From assembly GCA_964587725.1 (NCBI GenBank), contig CAZPLO010000003.1, positions 1,135-65,134 of the forward strand: 64,000 nucleotides of DNA, written 5' to 3'. Positions 8,579-16,629 of the stretch are shown in pieces; the first letter of the stretch is position 1; every line of letters begins with the position of its first letter. The position numbers and the translations under genes are program-made. Under the pieces are notes generated by a model. The model saw nothing but the letters and a program-made list of their open reading frames with translations. It was not told the origin of the DNA and did not search any database. Source of the stretch: an uncultured archaeon. GTDB taxonomy: Archaea > Altiarchaeota > Altiarchaeia > IMC4 > SCGC-AAA252-I15.

Positions 8579-9703
8579 TTACCTTCCCCCGTTGTCTTCC
8601 AGGAACTCCACCAGCGTGTTGCCTAAGGTGTTGTTGTAGACGAGGAAGGCGTCGTGGCCGTACGGCAGGTCCAGCTTCCTATAAACAACGGGAACGCCGG
8701 CTTCGGCGAGGCCTGCGTACACTTCCTCCACCTGCTCCGGCGGATACAGCCGGTCGGAGGTGAAGGACACCAGCAGGAACTTCGCCTTCACGTCTTTGAA
8801 CACGTCCCTCAGCTTCCGCTCGCCTTCGGTGAGGTCGAACTGGTCTATGGCGTGTGTTATGTACAGGTAGCTGTTGGCGTCGAACCGCCGCACGAAACTC
8901 CTGCCCTGGTAGTTGAGGTAGCTCTGCACCTCGAACTCGACCCCGAACTTCCCGTTCTTCCGCTTCTTCCGCTCCCGCCCGAACTTCCGCTCCAATGTCT
9001 CCTGGCTCAGATAGGTTATGTGCGCAACCTTCCGCGCCAAAGCCAGTCCGTTGCCAGGCTGCCTGCCGTATCTTCCGTTGTTCCAGTCCGGGTCGTTCAG
9101 TATGGCCTGGCGGCCGATTTCATGGAACGCTATGCCTAGCGGATACTGTTTGGCGGCTGCGGCCACTGACATGGCGAGGTTCACAGAGTCAGGATAGCGC
9201 ACGGCCCATTCGAGAACCTGCATGCCGCCGAGGCTGCCTCCGACCACGCAGTGCAGTTTATTTATGCCAAAGCGGTCTATCAGCTTCTTCTGAGCGCGGA
9301 CCATGTCCCCCACGGTGATGAGCGGGAAGTCGAGGCCGTACGGTTCCCCCGTCTCAGGGTTTATGGATGAGGGTCCGGTGGATCCCCTGCATCCTCCGAC
9401 GATGTTGGAGCATATGACGAAGTATTTCCGGGTGTCGAATGTCTTGCCGGGGCCGACGGCGATGTCGTACCACCCGTTTTTCCTGCTGTTCCTCCGCCGC
9501 TTCCCTGCTGCGTGGGCGTCTCCGCTCAGCGCGTGGCAGACGAGCACCGCGTTGCTTTTGTCCTTGTTCAGCCGGCCGTAGGTTTCATACGCTATCCTCA
9601 GCGGGGAAATCGTTTCCCCTGAGTCGAGCCGGAGCTCGTCGAACTCCTCATACTTCGTCTTCACGACCCCCACTGAATCCTGCATTTTAACCAATTCAAT
9701 CAC
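8579..9703 (-). CDS. metX: Homoserine O-acetyltransferase (alpha/beta hydrolase)
   Basis: GGSLGGMQVLEWA nucleophile elbow and MetX-like length. An internal ATG at 9685 (MQDSVGV) is possible. Confidence 0.75.
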   Translation of the reverse strand: MIELVKMQDSVGVVKTKYEEFDELRLDSGETISPLRIAYETYGRLNKDKSNAVLVCHALSGDAHAAGKRRRNSRKNGWYDIAVGPGKTFDTRKYFVICSNIVGGCRGSTGPSSINPETGEPYGLDFPLITVGDMVRAQKKLIDRFGINKLHCVVGGSLGGMQVLEWAVRYPDSVNLAMSVAAAAKQYPLGIAFHEIGRQAILNDPDWNNGRYGRQPGNGLALARKVAHITYLSQETLERKFGRERKKRKNGKFGVEFEVQSYLNYQGRSFVRRFDANSYLYITHAIDQFDLTEGERKLRDVFKDVKAKFLLVSFTSDRLYPPEQVEEVYAGLAEAGVPVVYRKLDLPYGHDAFLVYNNTLGNTLVEFLEDNGGR

Positions 9704-9868
9704 CTAAATCCCGGCGCCCCATTCCAGGTGTTCGTCATCCCTCAGCAGTGCCTTACAGTTCCAGCATCTCCCCTGGGTCAGGGCGTAATGTCGGAGTATG
9801 CATGTCCTGCAGTTGCTGCATTCGAAACCGCACGGCAGTTTGCCCGGGTGCTTGATTTCGTCTGTCAT
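9704..9868 (-). CDS. Small zinc-ribbon protein (54 aa) between metY and metX
   Basis: Manual translation: MTDEIKHPGKLPCGFECSNCRTCILRHYALTQGRCWNCKALLRDDEHLEWGAGI (CxxxC..CxxC..CxxC). Absent from the track because it is under 60 aa. Confidence 0.4.
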   Translation of the reverse strand: MTDEIKHPGKLPCGFECSNCRTCILRHYALTQGRCWNCKALLRDDEHLEWGAGI

Positions 9869-11143
9869 CTACAGCCCCTCCAAAGCCTGGTCTATGTCGT
9901 CCAATATGTCGCCGATGTTCTCCAACCCTACGGACAGCCGTATCAGCTCCGGCGTAATCCCCGATGTTTTGAGCTGTTCGTCGGTGAGCTGGCTGTGTGT
10001 GGTGCTCGCCGGGTGTATGGCAAGGCTCTTCGCGTCGCCGACGTTGGCGAGGTGGGAGAACAACTTCAGCGACTCTATGAATCGTCTGCCAGATTTTTTC
10101 CCACCCTTCACGCCGAACACCACCATCCCCCCGTACCCGTCTTTCAGGTACTTTCGGGCGTTGTCGTGTGTTGGGTGGGTGTCCAAGCCGGGGTAGCGAA
10201 CCCACTCCACTGCATCATGCGCTTCCAGGTACTCAGCCACCTCCAACGCGTTCTCCGAATGTTTCTTGATCCTCAGCGGCAGGGTCTCCAGTCCCTGGAG
10301 GAAAATCCATGAGTTGTCCGGCGATATGCAGCCGCCCAGGTTCCTCAACGGCACCAGCCTCATCCTCAGAATGTACGCGAGGTGGTTCAGCCCTCCGAGG
10401 TCGGTCGCGTATCTTATGCCGTGATAGCTGCTGTCAGGTTCCGTGAGCAGCGGATGCTTCCCCCGCGTCCAGTCGAATCTCCCCGAATCCACGACCGCGC
10501 CTCCGATGGCTGTTCCGTGTCCGCCGATCCACTTGGTGAGGGAGTGGCAGACGATGTCTGCCCCGTGTTCTATCGGCCTCAGCAGACAAGGGGTGGTGAA
10601 GGTGCTGTCGACTATGTATGGTATGCCTTGGTCGTGCGCGACCTCCGCTATCGCATTGAAGTCCGGAACACTTAATGTCGGGTTCCCTATGGTTTCACTG
10701 TACACAGCCTTCGTCTCATCCGTTATCCTTTCGGCGAGTTCGTCCGCGCGGGGTTCCGCGAAGCGGACGTTGATGCCGAAGTCCGGTAGTATGTTGTTGA
10801 ACTGCGTGTAGGTTCCGCCGTAGAGGTGGTTGGATGACGCGATCTCGTCGCCTGACTTCGCGAGGTTGACGATGCTGTAGAATATCGCGGTCGTCCCGGA
10901 TGAAACGGCCAGCGCCCCGGCTCCGCCTTCAAGGTCGGCGAGCCGTTTCTCCAATACGTCGGTGGTGGGGTTCATCAGCCGCGTGTATATGTTCCCAAGT
11001 TCCTTCAATCCGAACAGATTCGCGGCGTGTTCCGTGTTTTTGAACACGTAGCTGGTCGTCCTGTGCACTGGAACCCCTCTGGACAGCGTCGTGGGGTCCG
11101 GTTCCTGGCCCGCGTGCAGGGCCTTGGTTTCTGTCTCACTCAT
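9869..11143 (-). CDS. metY: O-acetylhomoserine sulfhydrylase (Cys/Met-metabolism PLP enzyme)
   Basis: 424 aa. SGTTAIF, the PLP-Lys region HSLTKWIGGHG and ETIGNP. Confidence 0.8.
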   Translation of the reverse strand: MSETETKALHAGQEPDPTTLSRGVPVHRTTSYVFKNTEHAANLFGLKELGNIYTRLMNPTTDVLEKRLADLEGGAGALAVSSGTTAIFYSIVNLAKSGDEIASSNHLYGGTYTQFNNILPDFGINVRFAEPRADELAERITDETKAVYSETIGNPTLSVPDFNAIAEVAHDQGIPYIVDSTFTTPCLLRPIEHGADIVCHSLTKWIGGHGTAIGGAVVDSGRFDWTRGKHPLLTEPDSSYHGIRYATDLGGLNHLAYILRMRLVPLRNLGGCISPDNSWIFLQGLETLPLRIKKHSENALEVAEYLEAHDAVEWVRYPGLDTHPTHDNARKYLKDGYGGMVVFGVKGGKKSGRRFIESLKLFSHLANVGDAKSLAIHPASTTHSQLTDEQLKTSGITPELIRLSVGLENIGDILDDIDQALEGL

Positions 11144-11157
11144 CTGAAAACACCATT

Positions 11158-11171
11158 ACTAACAATCGTTA
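11158..11171. promoter_or_regulatory. Variant palindrome TAACAATCGTTAA about 15 nt upstream of the metY ATG
   Basis: Matches 12 of 14 positions of TTAACAATTGTTAA. It is the reverse complement of the 7028 variant. Confidence 0.4.
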
Positions 11172-11225
11172 AGTCTAATATAAATACTTGTCGCATATTT
11201 TCATGCAAATATGCATAGAATATCC

Positions 11226-11573
11226 TTAAGTGAATATCCGGGCCGAGATAACGGGGAGGAGCAGGTTGATTATAGTGTAAGTCAGCACAACGTATGTTGT
11301 TATGGTCACAATCACCGTCATCCGATGCTGTTTCACATCCTCTATGCTGCAGGTGCCGCCGCACTCCTTCCTTATCTTCAGGTAAAGCGACGTGAGCATG
11401 AACAGCGCGCCGGCGGCGATGAAAAACCACTTGTACCTGGGTATCTTGAAAGCGGCCGTGACGCTGCCGAGCCCCAGGACGCTGAACAGCAGGGCAAGTA
11501 TGAGCGGCAGGGTGCAGCAGCTCGACGCTATGATGCTCGCCTTCAACCCCGTGTAAACATCCTTCAAGTCCAT
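11226..11573 (-). CDS. MerT/MerF-like heavy-metal transport membrane protein (3 TM, vicinal Cys pair in TM1)
   Basis: 115 aa. SSCCTLPLILALL in TM1 and a second Cys pair ECGGTC in the loop, as in MerT. Confidence 0.5.
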   Translation of the reverse strand: MDLKDVYTGLKASIIASSCCTLPLILALLFSVLGLGSVTAAFKIPRYKWFFIAAGALFMLTSLYLKIRKECGGTCSIEDVKQHRMTVIVTITTYVVLTYTIINLLLPVISARIFT

Positions 11574-11575
11574 CC

Positions 11576-12082
11576 TTAAATCTCGCTGTCGTTCAGGAAC
11601 ACCGCCCCACCGCCGGCGAGCTCCACAATCCTGTCAATCCTCACCGCATCCGGGTCGTATATGGCCCAGCTGACGGTCTGCCCCCAGCTCATGCTCTTCG
11701 ACTTCACCCCAGGCTCCCTCGCCAGGTTGTCGGCCACTGCCGGAACGCAGCTGCGGCAGAAGTAGCTGATGTTCATGTAAACCCGGTGGTAGCCCATGCC
11801 CCCGTACCTCTGCAGGTAATACGGGGGAGTTGAAGTCGTTGTGGACGAGGTCGTGGTTGTAGTGGTCGACGTTGTCGTCGGCTCCACCACCGCACCAGGC
11901 AAAGTAGTGGTTGTGGCGGACGTAGTAGTTGTGGTCGTCGACGTGGTGGATGTCGTCGTAGTCGTAATAGTCGGCCGCGGAGCCGTCTTCTCGCCCACAT
12001 ACTCTGCGAAGTATATGGGGGCTGCCGCGGCCAGAATAACGGTTAATGCGCCCGCGAAGACCGTGTTCTCTCCCACGTTCAT
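11576..12082 (-). CDS. Membrane-anchored MerP-like HMA metal-binding protein with Thr-rich linker
   Basis: N-terminal TM, about 55 aa of T/S/P-rich linker, then YMNISYFCRSCVPAVADNLAREPGVKSKSMSWGQTVSWAIYDPDAVRIDRIVELAGGGAV, which aligns to an HMA fold (CxxC, YDP). Confidence 0.55.
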   Translation of the reverse strand: MNVGENTVFAGALTVILAAAAPIYFAEYVGEKTAPRPTITTTTTSTTSTTTTTTSATTTTLPGAVVEPTTTSTTTTTTSSTTTSTPPYYLQRYGGMGYHRVYMNISYFCRSCVPAVADNLAREPGVKSKSMSWGQTVSWAIYDPDAVRIDRIVELAGGGAVFLNDSEI

Positions 12083-12178
12083 TCAAAAAACCACCCAAGG
12101 TTACTTTTAAACACTAAATAGTTTATACCTACTGCCTTATTTAAGGGCCCGGTAACCCCTGGGTTATCACATATAAAA

Positions 12179-12592
12179 ATGAAGGACAAGGTTAAGGAAC
12201 TGTTTCCGGCGGAACTGTATTGTCCCCTAGTGCAGGCCATACGGCTGCTGGGGAAGCGGTGGACCATACTCCTAGTGAAGGAGCTGTACTTCACCAAGGG
12301 GAGGAGGATGGCGTTCATGGAGCTGAAGCGCTCCCTGGAGACCATAAGCACCAAGGTCCTGTCCGAGCGCCTTAAGGAGATGGCGGAAGACGGCCTCATC
12401 GACCGGCAGGTGGACTCCAAGGCCAAGCCCGTCCGCGTATACTACAAGCTCACCAAGAAGGGCGAAGACGTGTGCCACATAGTCAAGGAATTCCGCGAAT
12501 ACGGGCTGAAGTGGGGCGGCGACAAAACCTTCGACTGCGGCTACCTCGACTGCGAAGTATGCACAGCCAACAAACGGGAGTCAATGAAATAG
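12179..12592 (+). CDS. HxlR-family winged-helix transcription regulator with C-terminal Cys cluster
   Basis: CPLVQAIRLLGKRWTILLVKELY..RMAFMELKRSL..STKVLSERLKEMAEDGLI is the HxlR signature. C-terminal CGYLDCEVC. Confidence 0.7.
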   Translation: MKDKVKELFPAELYCPLVQAIRLLGKRWTILLVKELYFTKGRRMAFMELKRSLETISTKVLSERLKEMAEDGLIDRQVDSKAKPVRVYYKLTKKGEDVCHIVKEFREYGLKWGGDKTFDCGYLDCEVCTANKRESMK

Positions 12593-12997
12593 TCGCCGGT
12601 GCTCCGCCCTCATGCACCTGTCCTGCACAAACATTATGTTATTTTCCTCGGCCAGCTTCCCAGCCTCTTCGCTGACTATGCCCTGCTGAAGCCACACAGC
12701 CTTCGGCATGGGATCCATGGACAGGGCGGCATTTACTATATCGTATGCCTCCTCTGAAGGGCGGAACACGTCAACCACGTCCACCTCCCCTTCGATGTCG
12801 GACAGGGACGGATATGATTTCTCTCCGAGTATCTCGTCTGCGGAAGGGTTCACTGGAATGATTCCGTAGCCGTGTTCCTGCAGGTACCTGGGAACGCTGT
12901 GGGCGGCCTTGCCGGGGCTGCGGGAGCACCCCACCACCGCAATTACATGAGATTCCTCCAGAAGCCTCTTCAACTCTGCGTCGTCCACGCCTACCAT
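12581..12997 (-). CDS. CoA-binding domain protein (YccU-like)
   Basis: IAVVGCSRSPGKAAHSVPRYLQEHGYGIIPVNP Rossmann-like CoA-binding motif. Confidence 0.65.
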   Translation of the reverse strand: MVGVDDAELKRLLEESHVIAVVGCSRSPGKAAHSVPRYLQEHGYGIIPVNPSADEILGEKSYPSLSDIEGEVDVVDVFRPSEEAYDIVNAALSMDPMPKAVWLQQGIVSEEAGKLAEENNIMFVQDRCMRAEHRRLFH

Positions 12998-13464
12998 GTC
13001 AGCTTGCTGAACCGCTTCTTCGGCTTCTCGTCCACGTAGTATATCCTCTTCTGGCCGAATTTCTCGCTGAAGTCCATGAAGTAGATGGCCTCAGGAGTGA
13101 CCTCTATGAATGAGTGGTGCGCAGGTATGCCTCCGAGGTCGTTTATGTGGGGGAACTTTTCCAGAAACATCTGCTGCAGCCTCGGCGTCTCTCGCTCGTC
13201 GGTGAGTTCGGCGCGGCCGAACAGCTCTATACCCTTTATGTCGCGCCAGTCGCTGTAGTCCTCGTCTATGGTCAACGCCATCTGCGGGTTGGCCTGGAGG
13301 GTGTGGACCTTCTTGGAGTGGGGGTCGGACTCCATGAAGATGTGGAGGCCCTCGCTCACGTAGTACATGGTGTGGGCGTAGGGTTTGTTGCTGTCCGAGA
13401 TGGCTATGGTGCAGACGTTGTGTCCCTCTATGTACTCCTGTATCCTCTGCTTCAACTCCTCCAT
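12991..13464 (-). CDS. Pyridoxamine 5'-phosphate oxidase-like FMN-binding split-barrel protein
   Basis: 157 aa with a PNPOx-like pattern (HNVCTIAISDSNKPYAHTMYYV...). Confidence 0.55.
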   Translation of the reverse strand: MEELKQRIQEYIEGHNVCTIAISDSNKPYAHTMYYVSEGLHIFMESDPHSKKVHTLQANPQMALTIDEDYSDWRDIKGIELFGRAELTDERETPRLQQMFLEKFPHINDLGGIPAHHSFIEVTPEAIYFMDFSEKFGQKRIYYVDEKPKKRFSKLTW

Positions 13465-13475
13465 CCAAACACCAT

Positions 13476-13889
13476 CTACGCTTCAGGCGCGGTCTTGACC
13501 TGGAACGCTATGAACGCGGTTATGAGGATGCCGTAGCCGAGCAGCACGTACCGGAGGGGGATGACGTCTCTGACCACCAGTATGAGGCCGGCTATCAGCG
13601 ACAGCAGGCCGGTTGTCAGCAGGATGGTTTCGACGACGCTGCGGAGGAACGCCTTCTTCACCGCGTAACCCGTGCGCACCGCCTCCTCCCGGATTTCATC
13701 CACGGTCTCGGCGGTCTCCACCTTCAACTCCTCCACACGCTTCTCCACCTCGTAGCGTTGGGCGAGGTATTTGGCCAGCAGTCCGCCGACTCCCTCAACC
13801 ACTTCAAGCGCTCCGCCCAGGGGAATCCCAGGGAACGGGTCCGCATCCTTCTTTTTTTCCCCGACCACTTTCTTTCCTTTACGCGCCAT
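13476..13889 (-). CDS. Small protein with basic/coiled N-terminus and two C-terminal TM helices; function unknown
   Basis: ORF track; hydropathy profile only. Confidence 0.3.
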   Translation of the reverse strand: MARKGKKVVGEKKKDADPFPGIPLGGALEVVEGVGGLLAKYLAQRYEVEKRVEELKVETAETVDEIREEAVRTGYAVKKAFLRSVVETILLTTGLLSLIAGLILVVRDVIPLRYVLLGYGILITAFIAFQVKTAPEA

Positions 13890-13890
13890 C

Positions 13891-14382
13891 CTATTTTCTC
13901 TTCAGCATGGACATCAGGAACGCGCCCGCTATCGCGCCCACCGCCGTAGCCGCGACCGCGGCGCCGGCGGGGTTCTTCCTGACCTCCGCCTCTATCTGCC
14001 GCTGCGCCTTGGCAACGTCCCTTTTCACGACCTTCTCGTATTTCTTGGACTCCTTGCTCCAGTCCTTCCCCGCCAATTTCACGGCCTTCTTGTAGTTCTC
14101 CATCATCTTCTTCTCGGCCTGCTTAATGGCCTTCTGGACCTCACGCCTCTGTTTGGCGGTCAACACCGGCTTCTTCTTTTTAGCCTTGGTTTTCTTCTTC
14201 GGAGCCTTCTTTTTCGTCTTTTTCTTGGATTTGCGCTTGCTAGCCTTCTTCTTTGTCGATTTCCTGCTGGTCTTTTTCTTGGCCTTCTTTTTAGCCGTCT
14301 TCTTTTTCGCATTAGACTTCTTCTTACTCTTCTTCACCGTCTTCTTTTTTTTGCTTGAGCTTTTCTTTGCCACTTCAGTCAC
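13891..14382 (-). CDS. Extremely Lys-rich protein (about 50% K over the first 75 aa, KKK/KKT repeats) with coiled segment and C-terminal TM
   Basis: MTEVAKKSSSKKKKTVKKSKKKSNAKKKTAKKKAKKKTSRKSTKKK... then AGAAVAATAVGAIAGAFLMSML. Confidence 0.4.
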   Translation of the reverse strand: MTEVAKKSSSKKKKTVKKSKKKSNAKKKTAKKKAKKKTSRKSTKKKASKRKSKKKTKKKAPKKKTKAKKKKPVLTAKQRREVQKAIKQAEKKMMENYKKAVKLAGKDWSKESKKYEKVVKRDVAKAQRQIEAEVRKNPAGAAVAATAVGAIAGAFLMSMLKRK

Positions 14383-14416
14383 CTCGGAATAGGATGTATA
14401 TGAATTACTAGCCCCT

Positions 14417-15391
14417 TTAAATAAGCGTGTGACTCCACCGCCACCGGGTGTTGTTGAACGCGGTCTTCAGCTCCAGCCGAACCATGTCCCCCTCATAAAC
14501 AGGCGTTCGTTTCTCCACTGGCAGGAACACCTGCTTCCAGTGGGTCAGCGGCTTATGGGGGTGGGTGGACAGTGTCACGTTCTCCGACAGCTTCGCGTCG
14601 AAGTAGAGTACGAAGCCGTGCAGTTCCCCGGCGGAGTCCATATTGAACGTCCCATCCCATTTCAGCCGGCCGGGGGTCCTCCCCTTCAGGTCTATGGTGA
14701 ACGCCTTCACCGGCTCCGACAGGAACCGTGAACCGCTCATGTCGTGGTTGCGGACCTCGTGAGGGACTTGCTCGACCGCCGAGTAGTCTATGCCGTACAG
14801 CTCCCGCCAGAAGCCGAGCCCGGCGTCGGGCGACTCCACAGGCGCCACGTATATGTCCATTTTCTCCGGAATCACCGTGCCCCCGTCCTTGAGCAGCCGC
14901 AGGGCGTTCTCCACCTTGTAGGTTATGCCCTCGTCCAGTATGTGCATTCCAAGGAGTTCGCAGATGATGCAGTCCACTGGTTCTATGTCAAGGTCGCGTA
15001 TGTCCGACCTCGTGAACTCCACGTTCTTGATTTTGTTTTTCTCTGCGGTTTTCCGGGCGACGTCTATTATGCCGGCGGAGTCCGCACCTATGACGTGCGC
15101 CCCCCGGCGTGCGGCTAGGAACGCGAGTATGCCCGTTCCAGTGCCGAGGTCCAGGACGCGGTCGCCCTCCTTAACCGTTTCCTCCAGGGCCTTTCGAAAC
15201 GCCTCAACCCTCACCTCATCATCCAGCAGCGTCCGGTGGACGTCGAGCTTGGACCAGATGTACTGGTATCCCGTGTCAGCGAACAAATACGCGGCCATCC
15301 ACTCGTCCAACAGTATGGTGGCGTCGCTGACCCACATTATGGCGTCCCGCCACAGAATCCTCAGGAAGGACCTCAGCCTGCCGAAGAGCAT
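14417..15391 (-). CDS. Class I SAM methyltransferase, protein arginine N-methyltransferase (PRMT)-like
   Basis: VLDLGTGTGILAFLAARRGA motif I and the THWKQ motif characteristic of PRMTs. Confidence 0.55.
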   Translation of the reverse strand: MLFGRLRSFLRILWRDAIMWVSDATILLDEWMAAYLFADTGYQYIWSKLDVHRTLLDDEVRVEAFRKALEETVKEGDRVLDLGTGTGILAFLAARRGAHVIGADSAGIIDVARKTAEKNKIKNVEFTRSDIRDLDIEPVDCIICELLGMHILDEGITYKVENALRLLKDGGTVIPEKMDIYVAPVESPDAGLGFWRELYGIDYSAVEQVPHEVRNHDMSGSRFLSEPVKAFTIDLKGRTPGRLKWDGTFNMDSAGELHGFVLYFDAKLSENVTLSTHPHKPLTHWKQVFLPVEKRTPVYEGDMVRLELKTAFNNTRWRWSHTLI

Positions 15392-15392
15392 T

Positions 15393-15905
15393 TTAGCTTA
15401 TCACTGCCCTGTCCCTGCCGCCGTCGACTTCGCGGAGCTTCAACCGGATGTTCTCTTTCACGGAGGTCAGCACCTCCGCCCCCACGTAGTCCGCGGATAT
15501 CGGGAGCTCGCGGTGTTTCCTGTTTATGAGCACCGCAGTCTTCACGTTCCTCGGCCTGCCGTAACGCAATACGGCGTCGAGTGCGGCCCGCATGGTCCTG
15601 CCGGTGGACATGACGTCGTCTACTATTATCACGTCCTTGCCTGTGAGGTCTTCCGGAAGGTCTGTCCTGTCTTCGACTACCTCGTCCACCTTCACGTCGT
15701 CTCGGTACGGCCGGGTGTCGAGGGCTCCGATCTCCACGTTGACTCCCTGCATCTTTTTTTTCATGCGTTCCGCGAGTGTGACGCCCCGGGTTATCACGCC
15801 TACCAGCACCAGCTCTCCGGCGTCTTCGTTGTCTTCCAGGATTTCCCCGACCAGTTTGTCCAAGCCCCCGGCTATCTCCTCCTCGTTGAGCACCTGCTTC
15901 GTCAT
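15393..15905 (-). CDS. pyrR: Type I phosphoribosyltransferase, PyrR-like (pyrimidine regulator / uracil PRTase)
   Basis: VGVITRGVTLAERM and the PRPP-binding region VIIVDDVMSTGRT. 170 aa. Confidence 0.55.
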   Translation of the reverse strand: MTKQVLNEEEIAGGLDKLVGEILEDNEDAGELVLVGVITRGVTLAERMKKKMQGVNVEIGALDTRPYRDDVKVDEVVEDRTDLPEDLTGKDVIIVDDVMSTGRTMRAALDAVLRYGRPRNVKTAVLINRKHRELPISADYVGAEVLTSVKENIRLKLREVDGGRDRAVIS

Positions 15906-16534
15906 TTTCTCGACCTGTTTATCAGCGACCTAACTATGCCGACCGCGTTTAGCGAATCTTTTTTGTCGACTATGAGGAATGTTTTGTCGTAGCTTGAAGT
16001 GACCTCGACCACGTTTATGCCCCGCCCCCCCAACGCCATCATCAGATGGGCTACGACGCCCGGGGTGTCGACTATCTCGTCGGGGCTGGTGATGATGATA
16101 GCGCTTAAACCGCTTATCTTCTTTAGCATGTCGCCGCTTTTATATTCTATTTTCCCGAGGCCGCGGTCGTCGGTGAGGGCTGTGGTGGTTCCGATGCCCT
16201 GTATCTTCACGTAGAAGCAGTCCTCGTCCTTCCCAGGCTCCGTGATGTCGGGGCTGCCTTTCATGTATAGTATGCTTATGTCGTCGCGCAGCTGCAGCTG
16301 GCTTCTCCCGAATATGTCGGAGTACTTCGTGTCCCCTGCCTTAATCCTGGAGCCGAGCCGCTGCAGCGTCACCGCTATGGTGCCGACCGCCGGCTTGTTG
16401 CATGTTATCCTGCCTACGTCGGCCTGGATGTGCTGGGCGAGGCGGCGGTTGTTGGCTATGCCCATGCGGACTGCGTCGTGTATGCGTGTGTCTGATTTCA
16501 CAACCTCCTCCACCGCATCGACAACCGAAACCAT
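15902..16534 (-). CDS. Tandem ACT-like domain protein (putative small-molecule-binding regulator)
   Basis: Two segments show the ACT-like pattern. Overlaps the pyrR stop by 4 nt and is divergent from the argG-like gene. Confidence 0.35.
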   Translation of the reverse strand: MVSVVDAVEEVVKSDTRIHDAVRMGIANNRRLAQHIQADVGRITCNKPAVGTIAVTLQRLGSRIKAGDTKYSDIFGRSQLQLRDDISILYMKGSPDITEPGKDEDCFYVKIQGIGTTTALTDDRGLGKIEYKSGDMLKKISGLSAIIITSPDEIVDTPGVVAHLMMALGGRGINVVEVTSSYDKTFLIVDKKDSLNAVGIVRSLINRSRK

Positions 16535-16629
16535 ATTGTTAAATATAATACATTTTATATATAAATGTTACATATGAAACACAGGGTTATATTGATGTAA
16601 CATACTATTCTGTAGTGAGCTGATGCAAG

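Noticed and set aside
9753-10205. 150-aa minus-strand ORF and 9798..10196(+), 9728..10312(+)
   Set aside because: Off-frame or antisense within metY and the metY/metX junction. The real small gene there is the 54-codon zinc-ribbon ORF in a different frame.
11820-12000. Tandem ACC/ACG/ACT-rich DNA, also at 31500-31630 and 39480-39660; considered as CRISPR array or satellite
   Set aside because: No regular repeat-spacer periodicity. These are in-frame poly-Thr/Ser linker codons of secreted proteins.
14130-14340. AAG/AAA-rich repetitive DNA
   Set aside because: Coding sequence of the Lys-rich protein (minus strand), not a non-coding microsatellite.
14925-15992. 355-aa plus-strand ORF
   Set aside because: Antisense to the PRMT-like and PyrR-like genes, Ser/Arg-rich with no recognisable motifs. 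A high-GC antisense artefact.
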